Assembly (NCBI GenBank): GCA_022813965.1
Contig: JALDZS010000149.1
Span: 1 to 60,379 of the forward strand
From: Toensbergia leucococca
Taxonomy: Eukaryota
Length of the DNA: 60,379 nucleotides
Direction of reading: 5' to 3'
The notes beneath the pieces were generated by a model. It did not search any database. It was given only the letters and a program-made list of their open reading frames with translations, and was not told the DNA's origin. Numbering within the stretch: the stretch's first letter is position 1; every line of letters begins with the position of its first letter. Below, one piece after another: positions 21,787-32,222 of the stretch. The position numbers were made by a program, and so were the translations under genes.

Positions 21787-22861
21787 TCAAAAAGCTGCTG
21801 GCTTCAACTCCGGTCCTAAACCGACTCCTCTCTGCCTCGACCATCCTTCTAGCGCCTTCCAGTCAATACAGGTACGTGCTGAATTGGTTTTCGTGACTGG
21901 CTTCCTGGTTTGATTGGCATGCCATTGGAATGTATAAAGGGCAGGATTGCCGGCACACATCAGCGAGATCCGGATCGCTTCTAGACAATGGTCTCAATAC
22001 AAGGGAAAAAGGTTAACAAAAGTCATAAGATCAGATCCAGGGAAAACAGCTGTTGGTGCCTACCAAGATGCGAAACCTCGTACTCCTGTTCGGCTTGATC
22101 GAGATTAGGGTAGTAGATATCCTTGTACAGGTAAAGTTTCAGGCGGCGCTGAGGAAAGATTATTTTGATTAGCCAACAGGGGCAAACGAGGGTATGTGGA
22201 ATATCATGGAAGCGATGAGCTGAGCTTACAAGGCAGTGAAGTTCATGATAGACGCCGAGGGAGGCGAGATATCCTCCTTCCCATAGCTCTACTGAGTTCG
22301 TCGGGTCCTCCTGACCTAGTTGCATCTCTTCATACGACGCCCGGATCAACCCAGCTACCGTGTCGGTCAGTTTGTGATAATTCATCGTGATATAATGGTC
22401 ATACGCTCGACCAAATTCATCCAGGCATCAAATTGCTCATCTGACGGTGGGCCACCGAAGATGGTAGGGCCATCCGTGGCGTGTTTCTTCTGTACCACAT
22501 GATGGATGGCGTTCATCGCCGGTGCTGAGGTTGCGTCAGTTCTTGCATGTATAAATGAGGAAATGCTTTTGGGCTTTGACGGTATGCGAAACAAGATCAT
22601 ACAGTATGGAGGATTAAGAGAACGCAACTGAAAGGATCCTTGCATATACATTGCTATCATGAAGGCGAGAGTTCCAGCAACATATAAGGTGGTTATTAAA
22701 ACAGCCAAAGCAAGTGACGAGTGCTCTAACAGCCAAGTCAATCGCCCTCGCCCTCTATTGTTTCGCATTCGAAAGCCGTTATTCTGGGGAACAGAGAATT
22801 CAGAATCGGAGTCTTCATCTTGATGGTACCCGGTGAGCAGTGCATGATGCTTCTCATCCAT
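21787..22861 (-). CDS. DUF3328/UstYa-family oxidase; five exons (22861-22603, 22524-22405, 22354-22230, 22148-22064, 21992-21787)
   Basis: N-terminal TM helix, YSPA motif and GPPSDEQFDAW. Two HxxHC motifs (VYHELHCL, HLDHCLEAIRISLMC) and a C-terminal RTCIDWKALEGW. The spliced frame is uninterrupted. Confidence 0.9.
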
Positions 22862-23678
22862 ATCAAAAGATTCTGGCTGGGATTGTTTCCTTTGGTCGAT
22901 GGTATTGACTGTTCTTTCGAAGACAACGTATCGACCATATATGCAACAGATCCGGGCAGTGAAGCGGACTGCGATGTGTGTCCTATGCATGAGATTATCG
23001 TGCGTGCCTCGAACCCACGAATAGTATATCAAACGGCGTACCAAAACTCGGTATTCGTTACCACAGCTTTCAGTACCTTGATACCTACCTGTGTCCCGCT
23101 TAGGAAGTGCTCCGATTCGTTCAATGTCATTAAAGTGGCGTAATGCAGCAACCCGGATCTTCAGCTCAGAGTACCGTGTTTATGCATTGCCCTCCGACGA
23201 GTCCTTTCAACGGCTATCAACGCCGTCCTCCTCGGTCTGGCATGCGGCGCAGTACCCATTACTGCCCCCAGATCAATCACATTACGAAGCTGCGTACCAT
23301 ACATGCAGTAAACGACGCATAAAGCTACGTGCCGTGAAACCGCCGATCTAATCTTTCGGAACCCGGACAGGCAGCCTGGACAGCCGAACAAAATTGCAGG
23401 ATCAATACTGCAGAACCTGGCCTGCGGAGTCGATTTATTCAAGCGAATCGATTGAGACGAGCCGCACAATGCAGACGGTAAGTGCTGTGTCCCCTCGGCT
23501 TTACGTAGAAGCCAGCAAGCAACCGTGGGGTGCCTCCGAAAGTGTAATATATCAGAGATAACATCAAAAGCCCAAAGCTCACCTCCAGAACTTTTGATCA
23601 CAAAAGCCAGCATTTATATCCATCCCAACCGCCCTCCAAAACCCTTTATACCCACCAACTCAAACCCCACCCAAAACC

Positions 23679-23897
23679 ATGCATCTCAACTCCGCAACCA
23701 TTCTCGCTCTCCTCACCCTCCTCGCTACCAGCGCCACAGCAGCCCCAATTCCCATCGAACGTAAACCTCTCAAACCCCCCCTCCCCTTCCGCAAAAAAAC
23801 CCTAAAGCAACCTCACAACTAACCAACCAACCCAGCTCCTGCAAAATGTCGCGGTGGCGTCAATAGCGGTTCAATCAAGGGCATTGAATGCTTGTGA
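23679..23897 (+). CDS. 47-aa secreted peptide, candidate RiPP precursor; exons 23679-23760 and 23836-23897
   Basis: Start context AAAACCATG. Signal peptide MHLNSATILALLTLLATSATA. The 75-nt intron is GTAAAC...CTAAC...CAG. The spliced product ends APIPIEPPAKCRGGVNSGSIKGIECL*. TTTATA elements lie at about 23613 and 23645. Confidence 0.78.
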
Positions 23898-24575
23898 AGA
23901 ACCCCCCGCCCATACTATTCCAGGGAAAGGGTTAGAGATCTTGAACCCCCTTTTCGGCAAAATTGAGGTTTGAAGGCACCGGGGGCGCGGGACAAGGGGT
24001 TGGAGGAAGTTTTGGGAGATGAAAAAGCCGGGAATGAGCAAATGCCTGCGTGTTTGGTAGGAATGGCAGGAGGGAGGGGGGGGTGATTTGTTTTGTGAAT
24101 GGGGTTTTTGTTTTTTTTTTAATTACTCTATCCTTGATATTCAACTTTTACTTGGGGGAATCTGGTAGACGGGACTATTAGTAACGGAATGTTTGAACCC
24201 CCTCCCTCCACTCGAATAGAGAAAGCATACCGTTTTGTCCCTTTGAGACGAAATTTAAAAAAAAAAAACAAGAGTGTTTATGTTCATATTGAGTGAGGAA
24301 GAATTGGACTTTATGATTTCTCCCTCTCCGCCTCACCCCCATCCCCCCCGGCCTCAATTTGGGAAGATGATGATGATGGCGTCAATTTGAAATCAACTTT
24401 CAATGTGTGGACGAGTACGGGAAGGTGATGATGTTGATTTATGGCTTCATTTGGTGGAGATGGCCTAAGCCATGAGGTTGCGACCTTAATGCTAAGAGCA
24501 CCTTTTTACGAATTTCCCCATGTCATCAAGTAGTACGGATAAGTTGCTGGTCATCACAGCAAATTACTTATCCTC

Positions 24576-25417
24576 CTAAGAGTACACCGTTTCCCCAGTC
24601 TCTAATTTCCCTCCCTTGGGTCTCCACATGAACCACACGCGAAAGGGCTTGGGGAACAACTCGCTCTTGAGAGTCTTCCACTCGGCACTGGGCTCCTCAG
24701 CTTTAGGATCCAAGTAGAAGCTGTCAACCACCACAAAGCCCATAGCCTCGTACAAGGCACGCCCGTCCTCGGTCGACTCAACAAATGCCTCCAATTCCAT
24801 CTTGTCCGCCAATTCGCAACCCCATTCCAGAAGCATGCGACCGGCGCCGCGTCGACGATGCTCCGAAGACACAAAGCAAATGTTGATCACTGAGTTGTTT
24901 CAGTTGAAGAGTCGGAACAATACCAAAGCTACGCGAAAGTGCGAACTTTCTAGGGACTAGCGCAGCATAACACTCACATAGATGTGGGCGGCTCATTCGT
25001 TGTGGACGGCCCGCGAAGAATGCTGTCAATACCTGATCAGACATGGTCTTCAATTCGCCTGCACCACGAAGTTCAGCTACCACCATTTTAAGATCTAGGA
25101 TCGGCAACCTCAAGTGTACCTTCGGGCCACCAGTATGCTTTCAATGGCGAGGATGGCTTCGCAAACGGGTTCGATTCATGGACGATCCATTCTACGGCTC
25201 CAACAACCTTTCCCGTCTTTGAATCTGTAGCTTTCAACCAGTGACTGCCAGACTCGGCCGTGTGCCAGGACCATTGCCGGGCGGTGCATTCGGAGACGGA
25301 CGGGCCTTTGAGAATGTCCCAGAATCCGTTTAAAGGCTTGCTATAGGCTTCGTTTTCGACAGCAACAACCTCGGCGAATTCAGTCTCGGTTTGAACTTCG
25401 GATAGTTGGAGTGACAT
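24576..25417 (-). CDS. GNAT-family N-acetyltransferase; exons 25417-25120, 25058-24978, 24889-24576
   Basis: WLKATDSKTGKVVGAVEW, the acetyl-CoA motif FVSSEHRRRGAGRMLLEWG, and FVESTEDGRALYEAMGF. Canonical GT-AG introns keep the frame. Confidence 0.88.
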
Positions 25418-26558
25418 GATGATGGATATGGTTGAAAGAGGTGTATAGCTGTTGTAAGACTTCCAAGATGAGTCAAGGTGAATCAAAAGTGTCTACCCAG
25501 CTTGTAAGTGAATACCACATAGGTATCTTAATCTCCAATCAAATAAAACAGATGAGACGGTAACTTCGAATTGTATTTCATGTATTGATTAACAACTAAC
25601 TGTACGTGCATGCAGAGCGCGGAGCTGAAGTTTGAAGGTGATCTTGTCCTCGCAGGGCTACAGTACAACTCAAAGATGTTTGCGCCCCAGTCCACTCCAA
25701 TGCATTTGACAACTAATGCAGGCTGCTCTGCGTGTACTTACCAAAGCGCCGTCTCTTGTAGGGCTCAGCTCCGTGTGCGCGTCTCACGTGGCAAAATGTC
25801 GGGATGATGAGATATGGCGAGGTTTTCAATTTCATAATTCTTCTTTACATTTTCCTTTTTCGCCTTATCAGCCTGATCGGAAGAACCACTGCGCTGGCAC
25901 ATGTTGTTTCGAGGTATGTCGTGCATAGGTCGCACCTCTGACAGACGTCCGTTGACGTAGTCGTACCACATCAGGAAGGTCATTATCGGATGACTACCTA
26001 CATAGGTAGGTAGGACATTCCAACCGCAAATATGCATGGGACCTAACGCAAGTACCGGCTTTTGTGTGCCTCGATGATTTACATGAGGCTTGGACACCTT
26101 CTATGCATGATCAACGGTCCCTATTTTACGGGCCCTAAGAAAATATAGCGCACCAATCGCTTCTAACATCTCTCAGGTTGCAGTGCTGATGCCTTCTGAG
26201 CAACTATTTGATGTTCGTCTTGAACTTGACTCTGCATTCCGGACATTCGCAGACCGACATTATCCGAAACAGCGATAGGATGACAGGTGTACAACGGCCC
26301 CCCAAGAGCGTTCGAGCGGTTCCTATCAAAATTGCCACATATTCACTTCATCTTACAAACAAAAAGACGCAGCCATGACCCTTCCAACTTACCCAATTCA
26401 TCACAGCCAACTGGTCATCTGACAGAGCAGCTAGCACGTGCTATAAAATTCCCAGAGTGCTCCTGAGCTTGATAGACTCAGTGCCTCGCAATCGAATGTC
26501 TCTTAAGCCCGAACTGTATTAGACTCGGTCCTCTAAGACGTCTCTATGCTCGAAGAAG

Positions 26559-27876
26559 ATGTCTTTCAATACTACAGGGCCTTCTCATCCCCTTGTTTCT
26601 CAAGATGACCATGGATCTCTTCTCAACGTGATTGCTTTCTTTCTCGCCATTACCTCCTCACTGGTCGTTCTCACGCGCTTAGGAACTAAATGGGGCATGT
26701 CGCGTGGTTTTGGTCTGGATGATGGACTCATCGTTATATCTACGGTATGAGATCTTCACTGCGTAGCAGTGTTCTTGCATTGAGCCTACCAATAGTCATT
26801 TGCTATCGGTCAAACGATTTGCCTGTCTTTGATGGTTGCAAATGGACTTGGTCGGTCTGATATCAGCACCATCTCTCGATCCCAGCTAGTAGCGTTGCAG
26901 AAGGTATCTCCAATCGAGGATTAGACTACAAATCCGGCTTTGCTGACATTAACAAGTCACTTTACTCTTTTAATACTCTTTTTGTGATGAGCCAGTGCTT
27001 CGCTAAGATTTCAATCGTTATATTGATTCGAAATATCACGCCAGTACCACTTCATCGAAGGCTGAGTCTATCTGTATTAGTGGTGATCTTTCTTTGGACA
27101 GCCACAGCAATGTTGGGATTCTTGTTTCAATGTCTACCACCGCAACCATGGAATTTTCTCGGCAGAAAATGCATCAGCCGTGTGGCTTTCTACGTCTATG
27201 TTGAGATTCTCAATATGATTATAGATTGTGCTCTCGTTTATTTGCCGGTTGCTATCTCCTGGAACCTTCAGCTTGAGAGAAAAGCAAAGGCTGTAGTCAT
27301 CACTTGTTTTTTGAGCAGAACCCTGTGAGTGCCGTTGTTCATCAAGCTATTTACCATTGCAAATGTTGACATGTTTTTAGGGTAGTTGCAGCTCTCATTG
27401 TCCAACTAATCTTGATCTATCACCCTGTAACGACATCGGAGGCATTCTTGTCCTGGCCCTTCTTTATATCGACAGAGATTATTCAGTGTTTGGGCATCGT
27501 CACAGCCTGCGTGCCCTATCTCAAACCATTCCTTGAGGGTTTGGAATCCGGCATGATAAGGAACGACGATCTCCGTCGCCGCACTCGAGATCCTACCAAA
27601 ATATTTCGGCCATCAACATCCAAAAAGCTTTTCCAATCTCGGACTACACAGAGCTCTGCCTCTTCGGCGCCTGGCCACAATAACGGAACATTTATCGCTC
27701 TAAGGGACATGCCCAGCACGAACTTGAGCCAAGGCCAAAGCCGAGCATTTGTTAGTTCGGAACGGAATGAGCGAGGAAATGTTGAATGGGATCAGAATAG
27801 CCAGTCGAGCAGGGCGAATTTTATACGCCAAACAACGACATATGGGGTGAGCACCGCTGATGTCGAAGTAGCATAG
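26559..27876 (+). CDS. Pth11-like/fungal rhodopsin-domain integral membrane protein (no CFEM domain); four exons
   Basis: VVLTRLGTK...FGLDDGLI, ANGLGR, FAKISIVILIRNI, FQCLPPQPW, NMIIDCALVYLP..SWNLQ and LGIVTACVPYLKPFL, followed by a Ser-rich cytosolic tail. Confidence 0.88.
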
Positions 27877-28850
27877 CTAATTATCTACCGCACATGTAAG
27901 AAGACTTTTGATAGCTACCTAGTGCACTATTCACTGGTTTCTTTTCAACATAATAATCACTTTATAGAAATTTCAGTGAAAGGCATTGCCATTACGACCG
28001 GACCAGTAATTGGACTCACGGGTCCTCGAAATCTAAGGGCACCTATTAAATGTAAGGTGTGGCTTTCCAGGTCACACGAGTGCATCAAATAAGCAGGTAG
28101 GCATTTGACGAGATCAACGGGACCAATTGAGATGTTAGTAGGAGAAATAGTTATCTAGGTGCCTTACATTGCTACCTTGGATGTCTGTCGAGCATAGTTG
28201 CCTCACTTCGACGCCTTCGGTTGCTTGCATATCAATTGACCCATGATTACTGCATGCTAATTGAGAAGCAAATACTACAACGTATCATAAAAATCAAGAC
28301 AGTGGCATTCCACACTATGAACAAGGGGCTGTATGTGCACCTTACATTCCTGATGGTTCAACACCCAATCAATCTCGTCCCCAATCCTGTTATGCAATTC
28401 TGCTGTTCTCCATGGTTGTACTGCATGTATGTTGGCTTACATGCAGCCTTCGGCGAATCCGCCTTCTCCCGACGCCTCCAATCCGTTCCTGTTCTTCTGC
28501 ACATCCGACCTCAAGCTGTAGGCTGATGCTTGGCTTATCGTGCGCGTTCCACCAATGCTCCTGCGTCTTAAACCTCTCCATTATTTTTCACCCCACACTC
28601 TCCACTCTGCTCCATGCTCATGCATGAGGCCAAGGTCAGTTGTACCTAGCCATCTCGCTTACTGCTTGCCCTATCCGGGACCCGATCTGCTCCTTGCAAC
28701 CCCTGAGCCACGATATTCTTGCATTACAGTCACGCGTGTGTAACAAACCTATCAGTTACGCGTTTCCTCATTCACTGACATGTCTCGCCTATTCGAGTCT
28801 ACTATAGTCCTTGTGCTTTGCCAACTCCTCGAACACTCACTTGCACAGAC

Positions 28851-30883
28851 ATGGCCGAAACTCATCATCTCAAGCCTCTGGGCACAACAATCTCATCTAC
28901 TGAGCAGGCCACAAAGGACTCCAGCATGAATTTCGACAACGCTGAGTTGACACGCCTAGGGAAGAAACCGGTCCTTAAGGTTAAATCCATTTTCGACGCT
29001 CTTGTTGAAAATTGCTAATTCGCGTCAGCGTAATTTTGGCCTCATCTCAATGCTTGGATTCAGCTGCACCGTTATGATCACCTGGGAGGGTGTTCTGTTG
29101 TGGGTTTCCCGAAGATGATTTGGAAGGATGCTCGCAGCTAAATTCGCAGGCTTTTCACCATAAGCTTCAGCAATGGGGGTTATGCCGGATCAGTCTATAG
29201 CTTCATCATCGTGTGGCTAGGTACACTTGCTGCCTTCACGACTATGGGTGAGCTGGCTTCAATGTAAGCAGCCTACAGAGCATACTCCGTACAGAAATCT
29301 CAACCGACACACCACTTATCGACTTCAAGGGCCCCTACTGCAGGAGGACAATATCACTGGGTTTCCATGCTAGCTCCCCAATCAGCCCGCAAATTTTTGA
29401 GTTATCTCATAGGTGAGTTCGTTCTGACATATGCATGATAATAAGATTGCTCTAACGCTCCAGGCTGGCTCACAATGATCGGCTGGCAAGCCATTGTTGC
29501 GTCCGGAGGCTTCCTTTGCGCGACCCTAGTCCAAGGACTGATCACTATGAACGATAGCACATATGCGCCGAAATCATGGCAACTCCTTCTCATATACTGG
29601 GCCGCCATACTCTTCGCCATTTTCGTAAACACACTCATTAGCTATCTTCTGCCCAAACTTGAGGCTTTGATCTTGGTCCTCCATACCCTCGGCTTTTTCG
29701 CCATTTTGATCCCACTGGTGTATTTCGCTCCCCATGGCAATGCTTCAACTGTTTTTAAATCGTTCCTCAATGACGGCAATTGGCCGAGCCAAGGCTTGTC
29801 TTTCATGGTCGGTATCGTAGGGCCCGTTTTCAGTTTGTTGGGTACGTCCTATCGCTCCTTGGGTTATATTCTGATACTCATACGGGAATTTAGGCGCCGA
29901 TGGTGCTGTTCATGTATGTGCGAGATAACAATCGAGCGTGTTGCAAATTGCAAGGCTGCTGACGCTGGATTGCTAGATGTCGGAAGAGATCAAACGGCCA
30001 TCTATGAATGTCCCGCGTGCCATGGTATTCAGCATTCTCCTCAACGGTGTCTTGGGTTTCGGGATACTGATCGCAGCGTTATTCTGTCTTGGGGACGTTG
30101 AAGCTGTCCTGTCGACGTCCACTGGGTACCCATTTATGGCAATGTTCCAGCAAGCGGTCGGATCTACGGGGGGTTCACTGACCATGGCCGCACTTATCAC
30201 CATTTTATGCATATGTGCCACCATCAGTTTCGTGGCCACTGCATCCAGGATGACGTGGTCGTTTGCGCGCGATCGTGGGACTCCTGGGTGGAAGATGTTG
30301 AGCAAGGTAAAGATACCTCCCCAAAGCCCCCCTTGAAGTCTCTGCTCTAGAGCTGATGGGGTATTTGGCTAACGCAGAAACCTCTTAGATTGAACCTCGG
30401 ACTACACTCCCCCTCGCCTCGATTGCACTGACAGCCACAATCGCCATCCTGCTAAGCCTCATCAGCATCGGCTCCTCGGTAGCCTTCAACGACGTCGTCT
30501 CCCTCTCCATCAACGGCCTCTACACCTCCTACCTAATCGGCAACACCCTCCTCCTCTACCGCCGTCTCACCGGCCAAATCCAGCCCTACTCCTCCACGGA
30601 AGACACTCTCAAAAACACCACCAACGCCGACCATCTGACCTGGGGCCCGTGGAAGATTCGGGAGCCGTTTGGCACGGTCGTCAATGCGTTTGGGTGCGTG
30701 TATATGGCTGTGGTGTTGCTGTTTAGTTTCTGGCCGACGGCGGTGGAGCCGGTGGCGAGGACGATGAATTATAGTTTGTTGATGATGGGGTCGGTGGGTT
30801 TCTTTGCGGTGGCGTATTATTTTGTTTGGGCGCGGAAGGTCTATTCGGGGCCGGTTGTTGAGGTGGGGGGGGGGCGGGGCTGA
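28851..30883 (+). CDS. APC-superfamily amino acid/choline/GABA permease (Hnm1/Uga4-like); multi-exon
   Basis: LTRLGKKPVLK-RNFGLISMLGFSCTVMITWEG, GELASM-APTAGGQYHWVSMLAP, HMSEEIKRP..NVPRAM, ASRMTWSFARDRG and FSFWP...MNYS. Confidence 0.9.
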
Positions 30884-31199
30884 GTGATAGGGGAAGAGGG
30901 AGAAGTTGCTACATTGGCTGTTTGTTTTTTTTTTTTTCCCTTCCTTTTGTGGTGGTGGTAGTGGCGGAGGTAAATACGTGGCTGGGTGATAAAATAGATC
31001 CCTTTGTATGATATGTAACTGAATTATTGTAGAAGCTCTATGACGCATAAATCTTGAATGATCTCTCCCATCCCCCTCCCCCCTCCCCCCACTCTCGCTT
31101 ACCCCCTTGAGGCATGTGATAATATTTCTTCTCTCTTTGTACTCTAAAGCTGAATTTCTTATCACTTGAGTATCACCCATTTTGTTCCTTTAGTGGGGG

Positions 31200-31800
31200 G
31201 GGGGCGCCCTACCTCGCCTTCCTTTCCCCCCTCATTTCAAATATCGGATTGGGATTTTTTGGTTACGATAGAAGGAGAATTTATGAACACCTCTTTTGTC
31301 TTTTTTTTCTTCACCTTTCCTCTCTCTTTTTCCTCTATTGCACCTTCTTTTTCTTCTTTTTTCTTCTTCTCATTTTTTTTCTTCTTGGAGGGGGCGCCTT
31401 TTGAAATCAAGACCGTGCTTTTTTTTCTACTCTTTCTTACTCTGTTCCTTTTTTTTTTATTTATCTCTTCCTCTTCACTTTCTGTATTTATTTTTTTTCC
31501 ACTCAGCTTTTTCCCCCTAATTTCCATTTCCCCCCCTTTTCCCATTCAATCATCCCCCATTTTTTCTTTCTTTCTTTCTTTAGGTTCGTTGAGATTTTGG
31601 AGGGATAGGTATGAGTGAGAAGTTTTGTTCTCTATCCAACGCTTTTTTGGGATGGGGGTTGTTTTAATCTTCTTTCCTTTTTTTTTTTTTTTTCTTTCTT
31701 TTTTTTTTTGATGATGATGATGATGATGATGGTGGCTGTGAGGTTCAAGGTTGAGGTTGAGGTTTGAGAAAAGTGGGGGAGATGTTGAAGGGGCGTTTTG
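31200..31800. repeat. Pyrimidine/T-rich low-complexity tract with a (GAT)n microsatellite at about 31710-31730
   Basis: Long T and TC runs and ATGATGATG repeats. These produce spurious Phe-rich and Lys-rich ORFs. Confidence 0.8.
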
Positions 31801-32222
31801 ACTTGCTGAAAGGAAGGTTGTGAGAGAGAGAAAGGGAGGGGGTTGGCGAATCAATTTATGGTGATGATGGTTCATGGTAAAGTCTCACTACGCTGAGCAA
31901 TGATCAAGACACCAGTCACAGACGGGCAAGCAAGGAGATTCAGATAGAATTACCCAAGATACAATAGGTACGAGTGGCATGACAACGAAAAGACTTCGCT
32001 CTGCCAAGTGATGCAGATGGAGCTGTACAATCAATGATTCGTCAAATCAAAGTTTTCGTTGATTAAGAGCATCACAAAAAGTACGCTCTTATCAGACATA
32101 TATTAGTCGTGTATATTGAGTCTCATTGGTCTAGTACAGTCATGTATGTATACTCATGTATAGGAGCTTTTCCAAGTTTACACTCACTTGATGATAGGTC
32201 TGGCTACGTGTGCAGCAAGGTC

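Noticed and set aside
22862..23044. 61-aa N-terminal extension of the DUF3328 ORF given in the ORF track
   Set aside because: It begins at a non-ATG codon and looks non-coding. MDEKHHALL at 22861 matches the usual UstYa-type start, although an upstream in-frame ATG cannot be fully excluded.
23847..23894. Resemblance of the peptide's Cys loop to animal natriuretic peptides
   Set aside because: The ring size differs (15 versus 17 residues) and the CFG...DRI core is absent, so the likeness is superficial.
31166..31875. Lys-rich, Phe-rich and poly-His ORFs
   Set aside because: These are artefacts of poly-T/TC tracts and a (GAT)n microsatellite.
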